Source: Wigglesworthia glossinidia endosymbiont of Glossina brevipalpis (GTDB lineage: Bacteria > Pseudomonadota > Gammaproteobacteria > Enterobacterales > Enterobacteriaceae). Taken from it: a stretch of DNA of 32,000 nt. The notes below the pieces were generated by a model. That model saw nothing but the letters and a program-made list of their open reading frames with translations, was not told where the DNA came from and made no database searches. Positions 1-10,749 of this stretch are shown piece after piece. Where the stretch lies: NCBI GenBank assembly GCA_000008885.1, contig BA000021.3, forward strand, positions 480,001-512,000, in the 5' to 3' direction. A program made the position numbers and the translations under genes. Position 1 is the first letter of the stretch. Each line of letters begins with the position of its first letter.

Positions 1-64
1 CTTTAGGTATTGGTATCTCATATTTATTAAATAATTTTTTTGCCTGATATTCATGTAAGTTCAT
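1..64 (-). CDS. sucC: Succinyl-CoA synthetase beta subunit, 5' end only (runs off the window)
   Basis: The reverse complement of 1..64 reads ATG AAC TTA CAT GAA TAT CAG GCA AAA... = MNLHEYQAKKLFNKYEIPIPK. This matches the conserved SucC N-terminus (E. coli MNLHEYQAKQLF...). It lies directly downstream of sucB, as in the sdhCDAB-sucABCD operon. Confidence 0.85.
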   Translation of the reverse strand, partial: MNLHEYQAKKLFNKYEIPIPK

Positions 65-133
65 TTTTATTTCCGAATAAAGTTAAATTCAATTTTTTAA
101 TAAAAACAAAATTTTTAATTTAAATTAATTATA

Positions 134-1375
134 TTAAATATCCAATAACATTCTAATTGGATTTTCTAACATATCTTTTATATTTGATAAAAAACTAGCA
201 GATTCTTTTCCGTCAATTAATCTATGGTCATAAGATAATGCTAAATAAGTCATAGGATTAATAGAAATTTTTTTATTTATAGAAATTACTCTATCCTTAA
301 TAGCATGTATTCCTAATATTGCACTTTGAGGAGGATTTATAATTGGAGTGGACATCATAGATCCAAAAATTCCACCATTAGTTATGGTAAAACTACCACA
401 TTGAAGGTCTTCAACTTTTAATTTTCCATTTTTTCCTAGAAAAGCAAGGTTTTTAATTCTTTTTTCTATTTCTGACATATTCATTTTATCTACATTTCTT
501 AATATTGGAGTAACTAATCCTCGTTCAGTAGATATTGCTATGTTAATATCAAAATAATTATTATATACTATGTCGTCTCCATCTATGTATGCATGAATTT
601 CTGGAAATTTTTTTAATCCTTTTACTACTGCTAAAACAAAAAAAGACATATATCCTAATCTTATCCCATGAAGTTTTTCAAAAATATCTCCATATGATTT
701 TCTTAAATCATGTATAGATTTCATATTAACTTCGTTGAAAGTAGTTAATGAAGCAGTTGTGTTTTTAGAATATAATAAACGTTCTGCTATACATTTTCTT
801 AATCTAGTCATTTTTATTCTATTTTCTCTTGGAGAGCTTTTTTCATAAGCTGAACTATCTTTTATATTGTTTTCATTTTTTTCTTTTTCTTTTGTTAAAT
901 AATTATTTTCATTTAATTCATTTTCAATATTATTTTTGATATCAAAATTTTTATTAATATCATTTTTATTTAAATTATGTTTTAATATTGATCTGCGAAT
1001 AGATGGAGATAAATTAATATCATCAGCATGTTTTGTTTCTTTCTCTTTATTGTTTTCTGAACATTCATAATTATGTTCTTTTTGAGAAAAATTTATTTCT
1101 TTTATTTTATTTTCTTCTTTTTTTTGATCATAATTATTAATATTTAAACTTGCTATTTTTTGTTTTGATACTACAATAGACGAATTTTTTTGAAAAATTT
1201 CTATAATTTTTCCAGAATTTGGAGATGGAACCTCTAGCACAACTTTATCTGTTTCTAAATCAACCAGAATTTCTCCAGATTTTACATATTCTCCTGGTTT
1301 TTTTCTCCAATTAGATACCACTGCATCTGTTACTGATTCTGGAAGATCAGGAACTAATATATCTATAATATTCAT
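134..1375 (-). CDS. sucB: 2-oxoglutarate dehydrogenase E2, dihydrolipoyllysine-residue succinyltransferase
   Basis: 413 aa ORF. N-terminal lipoyl domain with [13 protein letters not shown] (lipoyl-lysine motif). C-terminal catalytic motif [12 protein letters not shown]. The linker is replaced by N/K/E-rich low-complexity sequence. Follows sucA after a 12-nt gap. Confidence 0.95.
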   Translation of the reverse strand: MNIIDILVPDLPESVTDAVVSNWRKKPGEYVKSGEILVDLETDKVVLEVPSPNSGKIIEIFQKNSSIVVSKQKIASLNINNYDQKKEENKIKEINFSQKEHNYECSENNKEKETKHADDINLSPSIRRSILKHNLNKNDINKNFDIKNNIENELNENNYLTKEKEKNENNIKDSSAYEKSSPRENRIKMTRLRKCIAERLLYSKNTTASLTTFNEVNMKSIHDLRKSYGDIFEKLHGIRLGYMSFFVLAVVKGLKKFPEIHAYIDGDDIVYNNYFDINIAISTERGLVTPILRNVDKMNMSEIEKRIKNLAFLGKNGKLKVEDLQCGSFTITNGGIFGSMMSTPIINPPQSAILGIHAIKDRVISINKKISINPMTYLALSYDHRLIDGKESASFLSNIKDMLENPIRMLLDI

Positions 1376-1387
1376 TTTCCTTATCTC

Positions 1388-4117
1388 TTATTTAATATTA
1401 AAAACTGAATTTATTATTTTTTCTTGTTCAATTTGATGAATATGAAAATGTCCTGTAGCTGTTGAAGCGGAAGAAGGACGTCCAGAATAAATTAATTCAA
1501 TTTCTTTAGAAAGAATATCTTTAATTTTATAATTTATCCAATTCCAAGCTCCTTGATTTTTTGGTTCTTCTTGACACCAAATTATCTTATTTATATTTTT
1601 ATAATTATTTAATGTTTCTATTATAATTGATTTAGGAAATGGATAAAGTTGTTCTATTCTAATTATATGAGTATTAGAAATATTATGTTTTTTGCTAGCG
1701 GATATCAAATCATAAAATATTTTTCCAGAACATAAAATTATTATTGTTATTTCATTTAAATTTTTTATATTATTTTGATCAATAATCACTTCTCTGAATT
1801 CAAAATTTGCTATATCTTCAAAAGAAGAAGTAGACAAATGGTGTCTAAGTAATGATTTAGGAGATAATACAATTAAAGGTTTTTTTATATTACAAACAAC
1901 TTGTCTAAATAACAAATTATATAGTTGAGCAGGAGTAGAAGGAATACATACTTGTATATTGTTTTGAGCACATAATTGCAAATAACGCTCTAACCTGGCA
2001 GAAGAATGTTCTGGTCCTTGTCCTTCGTATCCATGAGGCAAAAACATCACTATGTTTGATTTCTGTCCCCATTTTTGTTCTCCAGAACTGATAAATTGAT
2101 CTATAACTACTTGAGCTCCGTTAGCAAAGTCTCCAAATTGAGCTTCCCATATCACTAATGTATTTTTTGCAACTGTTGAGTATCCGTATTCAAAAGCTAA
2201 AGATGCTTCTTCTGACAATGTAGAATTATATATTTGAAATTTTAATATATTTTTTTCAATTATATTATGCAAAGGAATGTACTTTGTATTATTATTTTGA
2301 TCATATATTACTGCATGTCTATGAAAAAATGTTCCTCTTTCAACATCTTCTCCGCATATACGAATAGAAAAATCATTCTCTAATAGAGAAGCATAACATA
2401 AAATTTCTGCAGCTCCCCAATCGAACAATCTTTTTTCTTTTGACATTTCAAGTCTTTGTGAAAAAATTTTTTTTACTATAGATTGAGCATTTAAATTAGA
2501 AGGTATTGCACATATAATTTTTGACAACTTTTTTAAACTTGAAATATTTTTTTTATATATATTGTTATTTTTTATAATTTTATTTTTATTATCAAATTTA
2601 TTTTTAATATCAACTTTTTTGTTAATATATTTATTGTTTAATTTATTACGGAAAACGCTTAACATGTTAGAAAGTTCTTTTTTAGAAATAATATTTCTTT
2701 TGATTAAATAATCAGAATAAATCTTTTTAAGAGTTGGGTGTTTTTTTATTTTTTTATACATTAATGGTTGAGTTACACTTGGTTCATCAGCTTCATTATG
2801 ACCATGACGTCTATAACATACGAGATCAATAACTACGTCCTTATTGAATTTATTTCTAAAATCTAATGCAAAATTTATTGCAAAAATGGCAGAATGAACA
2901 TTATCTCCATTTACGTGTAGAATTGGACATTGAGTAATTTTAAAAATATCTGTACAATAATTTGTAGATCTTGAATCTGAAACATCTGTAGTAAATCCTA
3001 TTTGATTATTAATTATAATTCTTATTGTTCCTCCAATATTATTGGATGCAGTTCTAGACATATTCAGTGTTTCTTGAATAACTCCTTGTCCTATCACTGA
3101 AGCATCTCCATGTATTGTGATTGGCAAAATACAATTTTTTTCATTGTCTTTTAAAGAGTCTAAATTAGCCCTAACTATACCCATTACTACTGGATTTACT
3201 ATTTCTAAATGAGATGGATTAAAAGATAGTTTTAAATTAATTGTCTCTTGTTCAACTTTTATATTTGAACAAAATCCTTGATGGTATTTTACGTCTCCAC
3301 TTGTTTTAACAAAATCATAGTTTCCTAAGAATTCATTACATAAATTTTGTAATTTTTTATTAAAAATATTAACTAAAACATTTAGTCTTCCTCTATGAGA
3401 CATTCCTAATATAATTTTTTTTATTTTATATTTGATTAAAGATTTATAAATTGCTTCTTTTAATATTGGTATTATCACATCTCCTCCTTCTAAAGAAAAT
3501 CTTTTAGATCCAGGAAATGTTCTTCCTAAATAATGCTCAACTTCTTCTGCTTTTATGATTTGATCAAGAAAAAATTTTTTTTCTTTTTCTGTAAAATATT
3601 GTCTTATGAATTTAGACTCTATATACTCTTGAACCCATGTTCTTTCTTCGTAATTATCTATATGCATATATTCAAATCCAATTGAATTGCAATATATTTT
3701 TTCAAAACGTTTAATAGTATCTATTGAATATGTATCATCTTTATGATCATAAAAAAATTTTACTTCACTATTTTTGTTATATTGATTTTCATGCAACTGA
3801 TTTGAATCTAAAAAAAATTTTTTTATATTTTTTGTTTTTTTTATATTAAGAGGATCTGTTTTTGCTTTGAAATGCCCATAAGAACGAAAATTATTTATAT
3901 GATTTGAAAATAAAAAATTATTAACAAAAAAAATCTTTTTTTCATCAACAAAACCTGATTTATTATCGGAGAAATTAAAAGAAACTTTATTAAATAAAGA
4001 TTTCCATTCATAGCTAACAGATGTAGGATTATTTAAAAAATTTTTATAAATACTTTCTATATAAAATCTATTAATTCCATTTAAGAAAAAAAAATTTTTG
4101 TCTACATTATTTTTCAT
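1388..4117 (-). CDS. sucA: 2-oxoglutarate dehydrogenase E1 component
   Basis: 909 aa ORF (E. coli SucA is 933 aa). ThDP-enzyme motifs include ITIHGDASVIGQGVIQETLNMS and PHGYEGQGPEHSSARLERYLQL. Sits between sdhB and sucB. Confidence 0.95.
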   Translation of the reverse strand: MKNNVDKNFFFLNGINRFYIESIYKNFLNNPTSVSYEWKSLFNKVSFNFSDNKSGFVDEKKIFFVNNFLFSNHINNFRSYGHFKAKTDPLNIKKTKNIKKFFLDSNQLHENQYNKNSEVKFFYDHKDDTYSIDTIKRFEKIYCNSIGFEYMHIDNYEERTWVQEYIESKFIRQYFTEKEKKFFLDQIIKAEEVEHYLGRTFPGSKRFSLEGGDVIIPILKEAIYKSLIKYKIKKIILGMSHRGRLNVLVNIFNKKLQNLCNEFLGNYDFVKTSGDVKYHQGFCSNIKVEQETINLKLSFNPSHLEIVNPVVMGIVRANLDSLKDNEKNCILPITIHGDASVIGQGVIQETLNMSRTASNNIGGTIRIIINNQIGFTTDVSDSRSTNYCTDIFKITQCPILHVNGDNVHSAIFAINFALDFRNKFNKDVVIDLVCYRRHGHNEADEPSVTQPLMYKKIKKHPTLKKIYSDYLIKRNIISKKELSNMLSVFRNKLNNKYINKKVDIKNKFDNKNKIIKNNNIYKKNISSLKKLSKIICAIPSNLNAQSIVKKIFSQRLEMSKEKRLFDWGAAEILCYASLLENDFSIRICGEDVERGTFFHRHAVIYDQNNNTKYIPLHNIIEKNILKFQIYNSTLSEEASLAFEYGYSTVAKNTLVIWEAQFGDFANGAQVVIDQFISSGEQKWGQKSNIVMFLPHGYEGQGPEHSSARLERYLQLCAQNNIQVCIPSTPAQLYNLLFRQVVCNIKKPLIVLSPKSLLRHHLSTSSFEDIANFEFREVIIDQNNIKNLNEITIIILCSGKIFYDLISASKKHNISNTHIIRIEQLYPFPKSIIIETLNNYKNINKIIWCQEEPKNQGAWNWINYKIKDILSKEIELIYSGRPSSASTATGHFHIHQIEQEKIINSVFNIK

Positions 4118-4198
4118 AAAAACACCTTAATTTTAAAAATTCAGCATATATGAATAAAAAATAATTTCTTAATATTTAATATAATTTCTATAAAAACT

Positions 4199-4942
4199 TT
4201 AATTATTATTAATTACTTTTTTAATTAGCATATTTTTTATACTACCTATAGCTTTAGTAGGATTTAATTTTTTTGGGCATACCGAAACGCAATTCATTAT
4301 TCCATGGCATCTTAAAACGCTAAAAGAATCACTTAATTGTTTTAATCTTTCTTTTTTTGCTGAATCTCTATTGTCGACTAAAAAACGATATGCCGATAAA
4401 AGACCAGCAGGCCCAATGAATTTGTCTGGATTCCACCAAAAAGACGGGCAAGCAGTTGAGCAACATCCACATAATATGCATTCATAAGATCCATCTAGAA
4501 GAGATCTTTCTTTAGGAGATTGCAAATTTTCTTTTTCTAAAATAATTTTTTTATTATTTATAATGTATGGTTTTATTTTTTTATATTGTTTAAAGAAACT
4601 TGTCATATCTACAACTAAATCTCTTATTATTGGCAATCCTGGCAAAGGACGTATTGTAATTTGTTTTTTTTTATTTTTCAATAAAATTGAAATAGGAGTA
4701 ATACATGCAAGACCATTTTTACCATTTATATTCATTCCATCTGAACCACAGACCCCTTCTCTGCAAGACTTTCTAAAAGATAAAGTTGGATCAATTTCTT
4801 TTAAAGACATTAAAACATCCAAAAGCATCATATCTTTTTCTTTTTCAAAATAAAAATTAAAATTTTGCATTTTAGGAGGAATATTATGATGTGGGTTATA
4901 ACGATAAATAGAAATGTTTATTTTTTTTAATTTTTTTTTCAT
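4199..4942 (-). CDS. sdhB: Succinate dehydrogenase iron-sulfur subunit
   Basis: 247 aa. Three Cys clusters: CREGVCGSDGMNINGKNGLAC (2Fe-2S), CILCGCCSTACPSFWW (4Fe-4S) and CHGIMNCVSVCPKKLNP (3Fe-4S). Starts 1 nt after the sdhA stop. Confidence 0.95.
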   Translation of the reverse strand: MKKKLKKINISIYRYNPHHNIPPKMQNFNFYFEKEKDMMLLDVLMSLKEIDPTLSFRKSCREGVCGSDGMNINGKNGLACITPISILLKNKKKQITIRPLPGLPIIRDLVVDMTSFFKQYKKIKPYIINNKKIILEKENLQSPKERSLLDGSYECILCGCCSTACPSFWWNPDKFIGPAGLLSAYRFLVDNRDSAKKERLKQLSDSFSVLRCHGIMNCVSVCPKKLNPTKAIGSIKNMLIKKVINNN

Positions 4943-4943
4943 T

Positions 4944-6710
4944 TTAATATGATCTTTCTTTAGGTTGAAAAGCTGAACGATAAATAGGTTTCATGTTTAT
5001 GTTTCTTTTTTTCATAATTTCTCTTTTTAGAAAAAAAATAGTATGACATAACCAATTTTCATCATCTCTAAAAGGAAAATCACTACGATAATGTGCTCCT
5101 CTACTTTCTTTTCTAAATTTTGCAGATAAAGCTGTTGCATAAGATACGTCTATTAAATTATCTAACTCTAAGCATTCTATTCTATTTATATTAAATTTAT
5201 CAGATGAATCTTGTAATTTAGAATTTTTTAACCTATGTTTAAGTTCTTTGATCTTTAATATTCCTTTTTCCATAGATGGTCCGTCTCTAAATACTGAAAA
5301 GTGATTTTGCATACAAATTTGCAAATTTTTTTTAATATTGTTTGGATTTTCTTTTCCTTTTTTATTATTCCAATTAATATATCTTTTTAGCGAAAATTCA
5401 ATATCTGATTTGCTTGCTTTTTTAGGAGAATAATGAGAAGATAATATTTTATTTATTTGAACTCCTGCAGATTTACCAAATACTACTAGGTCTAAAAGAG
5501 AATTACCACCTAAACGATTTGCTCCATGAACAGATACACATGAATTTTCTCCAATTGCAAATAGCCCGGGTATTTCTATTTCATTTTTTAAATCATCTAT
5601 AGATATAACTTGTCCTGTTATTTTTGTTGGTATTCCACCCATCATGTAATGACAAGTAGGTATTACAGGAATTGGTTTTTTTACTGGATCTACATGAGCA
5701 AATGTACGAGATAATTCTAAAATTCCTGGAAGTCTAGAATTTAATATATTAGTACCTAAATGATCTAACTTTAAATGAACATAGTCTCCTAGATTATTTT
5801 TAAATCCTCTATTTTCTAATATTTCAATCATCATAGATCTAGAAACTACATCTCTACCGGCAAGATCTTTAGAATTTGGAGCATATCTTTCCATGAATCT
5901 TTCTCCATTCTTATTTAATAAATATCCTCCTTCTCCTCTACATCCTTCTGTTATCAATATCCCCGCCCCAGCAATTCCAGTTGGATGAAATTGCCACATT
6001 TCCATATCTTGGACTGGTATTCCAGCTCTCAAAGCCATACCTATTCCGTCTCCAGTATTAATATAAGCATTTGTTGTAGATTGATATATCCTTCCAGCTC
6101 CTCCAGTTGCTAAAATAGTAATTTTTGATTCAAAATAAAATGTTTCTCCGGTTTCTATGCATATTGCCGTACAACCAACAATTGATTCATCTTGATTTTT
6201 TACTAAATCTAATGCATACCATTCTGAAAAAATTTTAGTATTATTTTTTATATTTTGTTGATATAATGTATGCAAAAGAGCATGACCGGTTCTGTCAGCA
6301 GCTGCAGCGGTTCTTTCAGCTTGTCTTTCTCCATAATTTATAGATTGTCCTCCAAACGCACGTTGATATATTTTACCATTTTCTGATCTAGAAAATGGAA
6401 GCCCCATATGTTCTAATTCTAATATTTCTTTAGGTCCATTTTTGCACATATATTCAATTGCGTCTTGATCTCCAATGTAGTCTGATCCTTTTATTGTGTC
6501 ATACATGTGCCATTGCCAATCATCTTCGTGGCTATTTCCCAAAGCAACTGTTATTCCTCCTTGAGCTGATACAGTATGAGATCTGGTTGGAAAAACCTTA
6601 GAAATTAAAGCACATGACGACTTATTTTTTGCTATTTCTAAAGCAGCCCTCATTCCAGATCCACCTGATCCTATAACAATCACATCAAATGTTTTTTTTA
6701 AAATTTTCAT
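4944..6710 (-). CDS. sdhA: Succinate dehydrogenase flavoprotein subunit
   Basis: 588 aa, the same length as E. coli SdhA. FAD fold [13 protein letters not shown]. Covalent-FAD histidine context [11 protein letters not shown]-terminal [10 protein letters not shown]. Confidence 0.96.
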   Translation of the reverse strand: MKILKKTFDVIVIGSGGSGMRAALEIAKNKSSCALISKVFPTRSHTVSAQGGITVALGNSHEDDWQWHMYDTIKGSDYIGDQDAIEYMCKNGPKEILELEHMGLPFSRSENGKIYQRAFGGQSINYGERQAERTAAAADRTGHALLHTLYQQNIKNNTKIFSEWYALDLVKNQDESIVGCTAICIETGETFYFESKITILATGGAGRIYQSTTNAYINTGDGIGMALRAGIPVQDMEMWQFHPTGIAGAGILITEGCRGEGGYLLNKNGERFMERYAPNSKDLAGRDVVSRSMMIEILENRGFKNNLGDYVHLKLDHLGTNILNSRLPGILELSRTFAHVDPVKKPIPVIPTCHYMMGGIPTKITGQVISIDDLKNEIEIPGLFAIGENSCVSVHGANRLGGNSLLDLVVFGKSAGVQINKILSSHYSPKKASKSDIEFSLKRYINWNNKKGKENPNNIKKNLQICMQNHFSVFRDGPSMEKGILKIKELKHRLKNSKLQDSSDKFNINRIECLELDNLIDVSYATALSAKFRKESRGAHYRSDFPFRDDENWLCHTIFFLKREIMKKRNINMKPIYRSAFQPKERSY

Positions 6711-6720
6711 TTATCATTTC

Positions 6721-7062
6721 CTATATTATGATTTTAATACCATAAATAATATAAGCAAATAATATTAAAAATATTACTATTTCTAATTTTAGCCTTAATG
6801 ATTCGGATTTTATATAATCTGTTATTATTTGCCATAATCCAATCCAAGAATGTATGGCTATAGACATAAAAGTTAATATTGTAAATATTTTTATTAATGA
6901 TTTATTAAAAAATTCACGCCACAACTCGTATTTTATAGGCGTTTCATAAATTATAAACGATGAAACGCATATTACATATAAAAAGATTAATATTCCAGAA
7001 ATTCTTATAATAATCCATTCATATATACCAAGAATTCCAAAAGCAGATTCTTTATTTACCAT
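6721..7062 (-). CDS. sdhD: Succinate dehydrogenase hydrophobic membrane anchor subunit
   Basis: 113 aa with three hydrophobic helices. HSWIGLWQIITDY matches E. coli HAWIGMWQVLTDY. Its ATG overlaps the sdhC stop (ATGGTAA), which suggests translational coupling. Confidence 0.9.
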   Translation of the reverse strand: MVNKESAFGILGIYEWIIIRISGILIFLYVICVSSFIIYETPIKYELWREFFNKSLIKIFTILTFMSIAIHSWIGLWQIITDYIKSESLRLKLEIVIFLILFAYIIYGIKIII

Positions 7063-7475
7063 AAATATATTCCTAAAATAATGGAAATTACAATAACAAT
7101 AAAAAAGGATATATTTGCTGTTTTATTGGCAGTTTTTAAGTCTTCACTAGAAAAATTAAAATCTATTAAAATATGTCTTAAGCCAAATATAATATGATAA
7201 AAAAAAACAGTTGTTATAATCCATAAAATTATTTTGATTAATATTGTTGTGAAAATTAATTGATGTATATAATTAAATTCTTTTTCAGATGACAAAGACA
7301 AATCTAATATCCATAAAAAAAATCCGAAAGATAAAAATACAGATACTCCTGATATTCTATGTAATATAGAAGATATTGCCGTTTTTGTAAAATTAATAGT
7401 AAAAAGGTTTAAGTTAATAGGTTTATATTTTTTTTTTAAATTTTTATTATTTTTGTTTTTTTTGAAAAATATCAT
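7056..7475 (-). CDS. sdhC: Succinate dehydrogenase cytochrome b556 subunit
   Basis: 139 aa. PINLNLFTINFTKTAISSILHRISGV matches E. coli PVNLDLQTIRFPITAIASILHRVSGV. First gene of the sdhCDAB block. Confidence 0.9.
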   Translation of the reverse strand: MIFFKKNKNNKNLKKKYKPINLNLFTINFTKTAISSILHRISGVSVFLSFGFFLWILDLSLSSEKEFNYIHQLIFTTILIKIILWIITTVFFYHIIFGLRHILIDFNFSSEDLKTANKTANISFFIVIVISIILGIYLW

Positions 7476-7594
7476 TTTTTAAAAAAAATAGTCAAATTTA
7501 CAATTTTTTCATTATATTTTAAATAACATATAATTATCAAATTTTTAAAAAATTTATTTTATATTTAAAAAATTAATAATATGTTATATTTTAT

Positions 7595-8344
7595 TTAAAT
7601 TGGATTTTCGAAATCAAAAAAATCAATATTTAAACTATGTTTTTGTTTTAACCATTTTCCTAATGCTAAAATTCCACCTTTTTCTGTTGCATGATGACCT
7701 GCAGAGTAAAAATCAACATTTCTTTCTTTTGAAATATATATAGTGCTTTCAGATGCTTCTCCGCTAATGAATGCATCAATTCCTTCTTCTATTGCTAATT
7801 CAAAAAATTTATGTCCTGATCCTGTGCATAATCCTATATTTTTTATTTTTTTTTCTAAATAGTTGGAAGTAAAATGTATTACTTTTTTATTTATCTTTTT
7901 TTGTAATAATTGTTTTAATTGTTTTCCATTAACGCTGTTTTTTATTTTTCCAAAAAAAATACATGGATTAATAATTTTATATATTTTGATAGACAAAATA
8001 TTTGCTAGTTGAGCATTATTTCCTAATCTAGGATGTATATCTAATGGCAAATGCCATGCGTATAAATTAATATTATTGTTTATAATTTTTTTTAATCTTT
8101 TTTTCTTTGTTCCAAATATTGGAAAAGTATCATTTTTGCAAAAAATTCCATGATGTACAATTATAGCGTCTGCGTTTTTTAATAATGCAAAATCTATTAT
8201 CTCTTGACACAAAGTTACGCCTATTACTATGTTTTTAATTAATTTTTTTCCTTTTATCTGCAAACCATTTATTGCATTATCAATAATATTTGAATTATTA
8301 ATTAATTTTTTATTAATTATATTTTCTAAAAATATATTTTCCAT
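7595..8344 (-). CDS. ybgI: Nif3-family dinuclear metal-centre protein (GTP cyclohydrolase 1 type 2 homolog)
   Basis: 249 aa (E. coli YbgI is 247 aa). NGLQIKGK..., ADAIIVHHGIF, NLYAWHLPLDIHPRLGNNAQLA and AGHHATEKGGILAL align along the whole length. Confidence 0.88.
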   Translation of the reverse strand: MENIFLENIINKKLINNSNIIDNAINGLQIKGKKLIKNIVIGVTLCQEIIDFALLKNADAIIVHHGIFCKNDTFPIFGTKKKRLKKIINNNINLYAWHLPLDIHPRLGNNAQLANILSIKIYKIINPCIFFGKIKNSVNGKQLKQLLQKKINKKVIHFTSNYLEKKIKNIGLCTGSGHKFFELAIEEGIDAFISGEASESTIYISKERNVDFYSAGHHATEKGGILALGKWLKQKHSLNIDFFDFENPI

Positions 8345-8374
8345 ATTTTGAATTAAAAATTTTTATAATATATT

Positions 8375-9991
8375 TTATTTTAACATAATGTTAATTATAT
8401 TAATTGCGGATTTTTGCAATTTTTTAAGATGAGTATCATCTATAAAACTTTCACAATATATTCTATAAAAGTTTTCTGTTCCAGAAGGTCTTATAGCTAT
8501 CCATCCATTAATAAATTCAACTAATATATTGTTTATATTAAACATATAATATATTATTTTGTCGTCAGTTAATATGCAATGCTTTATTTTTCTTATATTT
8601 ATTTTATAATTTATACCTAAATTTTTTTCTTTTATGATATATTGAAATCTCTTGTAATAAAAACAACCAAAAGCATTTTCTAAATTTTTGTAATAAATAT
8701 TTATTCTTTTTTTTGTATTTGTTACAATTTCTGCAGATAACAAACACATTATAATACCGTCTTTATCTGTAGACCAAGTGTTTCCATTAGAACATAAAAA
8801 AGTTGCTCCAGAACTTTCTTCTAAACAAAAACCTAGATTTCTATAAAATAAAAAATCTACAAACCATTTGAATCCTACGGGAGTTTGAATCAATTTTTTG
8901 TTTAGGTGATTAGATATACTATTTATCATTTTACTAGATACATAAGTTTTTCCAAGTCCTATTGATTTATTCCAATTGTTTCTATTTTTAAACAAATAAT
9001 GAGAAGCAACAGATAAATAATGATTAGGGTATATAATTTTATTTGATTCAATTATGCAGTGTCTATCACAATCAGGATCGTTCGCAAATGATAAATCAAA
9101 ATTTTTAGATAATTTTAATAAATTTGTTAATACTGGTTTTGATGAACAATCCATTCTGATGGTTCCATCATAATCTAGACACAAAAAATAAAAAGTATTA
9201 TCTATATTTTTATTTAATATTGTTAAATTTAATTTATAAATATCTTCTATAAGTTGCCAACACAAAATTCCAGAACTTCCTAATGGATCTATTGCTAATT
9301 TAATATTAGAATTTTTAATAGATTCCATATCAACTACTTTATAAATATCATTAACATATTTATATGTTATATCTCTGTTGTATATATTTCCTTTTTGTTT
9401 TGATCTAAACAAAGATACTCTTTTTATTTTAGATAAATTTTTAAATAAAATCAAATTAGCTATTTCTTCTATATATTTAGTAATTTTATAATTGGCTGGG
9501 CCTCCGTTGCATGAATTATACTTTATTCCTCCATATTGAGGAGGATTATGAGATGAAGTTATAATAATACCATCTGATTTTGATATGAATTTTTTATTAT
9601 GATTTATTATTGCATGAGAAATTATTGGTGATGGCACATAATAATTGTTAGATTGAATAATTACATCAATATTATTAGCGATTAACACTTCTAAAACAGA
9701 ATTAAATGCTGGATCAGATAATGCATGAGTATCTCTTCCTACAAAACATGGCCCATTAATTCCTAAAATTTTTCTTTGTTCTACAATTGCTTGGCTAATA
9801 GCCAAAACATGTAATTCATTAAATGTACATTTTGTTGATTCACCTCTATGTCCTGAAGTTCCAAATTTTATGGAATTATGATTATTTCCTGATTTAGGAG
9901 TTATATGATAATATTTTTGAATAATTTCATTTGCATCAATTAAATCAGATTTCTCTGCTTTTTTACCAGCTCTATAATTATTATTTTTCAT
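8375..9991 (-). CDS. pgm: Phosphoglucomutase
   Basis: 538 aa (E. coli Pgm is 546 aa). KFGTSGHRG. Phosphoserine loop TSSHNPPQYGGIKYN. FANDPDCDRH, GFKWFVD, and STDKDGIIMCLLSAEI. Confidence 0.95.
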   Translation of the reverse strand: MKNNNYRAGKKAEKSDLIDANEIIQKYYHITPKSGNNHNSIKFGTSGHRGESTKCTFNELHVLAISQAIVEQRKILGINGPCFVGRDTHALSDPAFNSVLEVLIANNIDVIIQSNNYYVPSPIISHAIINHNKKFISKSDGIIITSSHNPPQYGGIKYNSCNGGPANYKITKYIEEIANLILFKNLSKIKRVSLFRSKQKGNIYNRDITYKYVNDIYKVVDMESIKNSNIKLAIDPLGSSGILCWQLIEDIYKLNLTILNKNIDNTFYFLCLDYDGTIRMDCSSKPVLTNLLKLSKNFDLSFANDPDCDRHCIIESNKIIYPNHYLSVASHYLFKNRNNWNKSIGLGKTYVSSKMINSISNHLNKKLIQTPVGFKWFVDFLFYRNLGFCLEESSGATFLCSNGNTWSTDKDGIIMCLLSAEIVTNTKKRINIYYKNLENAFGCFYYKRFQYIIKEKNLGINYKINIRKIKHCILTDDKIIYYMFNINNILVEFINGWIAIRPSGTENFYRIYCESFIDDTHLKKLQKSAINIINIMLK

Positions 9992-10236
9992 TTTAAGATT
10001 TCAATTTTATTTAAAAATAAATACAAATCTTATTATTTTTTTAATAGAATATTAAATTTTAATATTTTTATTTTTAAATAACATTTATTTAAATAAATTT
10101 ATTATCTTTTAATTTTCTTAAAAAAATACAAATATATATTATTAACGTATTAACTTTGAAATAAATTTATTATATAATATTTATTTATATAAAATAGTTT
10201 TTATAAATTTATCACAATAAAATTGGTTAAACAAAT

Positions 10237-10749
10237 ATGAAATCTATAGGAATGTTTTTTGGAAGCGATACTGGAAATACAGAAAGAATAGCAAAAAAAA
10301 TACAAAAAAAGATTGGAATTAATAATATAGATATTTTTGATATTTCAAATTCTTCTAAAGAAGAAATGGAAAAATATAAAAAATTAATATTTGGTATACC
10401 TACATGGTATTACGGAGAACTGCAATGTGATTGGGATGATTTTTTGATATATCTAAAAGAAATTAATTTTGAAAATAAATTAGTAGCAATTTTTGGATGT
10501 GGAGATCAAGAAGATTATTCAGAATATTTTTGTGATGCAATGGGTATTGTAAAAGAAATAATTTCTTACAAAGGCGCTAAAGTAATTGGAAAATATTCAA
10601 CTTTAGGATATAAATTTGAAAAATCTAAAGCTTTGTTAAATAAAGATTATTTTATAGGATTAGCTATAGATGAAGATAGACAACCAGAATTAACAGAAAA
10701 AAGAATATGTAATTGGGTAAAAACAATAAAAAAAGAAATGGAAATTTAA
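10237..10749 (+). CDS. fldA: Flavodoxin 1
   Basis: 170 aa. Long-chain flavodoxin signature [17 protein letters not shown], then [16 protein letters not shown] and [13 protein letters not shown]. Confidence 0.93.
   Translation: MKSIGMFFGSDTGNTERIAKKIQKKIGINNIDIFDISNSSKEEMEKYKKLIFGIPTWYYGELQCDWDDFLIYLKEINFENKLVAIFGCGDQEDYSEYFCDAMGIVKEIISYKGAKVIGKYSTLGYKFEKSKALLNKDYFIGLAIDEDRQPELTEKRICNWVKTIKKEMEI

Noticed and set aside
4563-4853. 96-aa + strand ORF inside sdhB
   Set aside because: It lies entirely antisense to a well-supported sdhB CDS. Its sequence is low-complexity and hydrophobic with no recognisable motif or SD. This is a typical shadow ORF.
10156-10183. Promoter-like hexamers upstream of fldA (TTGAAA at 10156..10161; TATAAT at 10173..10178) and TATAAT at 26815..26820 upstream of the tRNA
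   Set aside because: The spacing is wrong: 11 nt for the fldA pair, and 50 nt from the tRNA 5' end. TATAAT-like strings occur everywhere in ~90-95% AT intergenic DNA. These are not reliable without 5'-end data.
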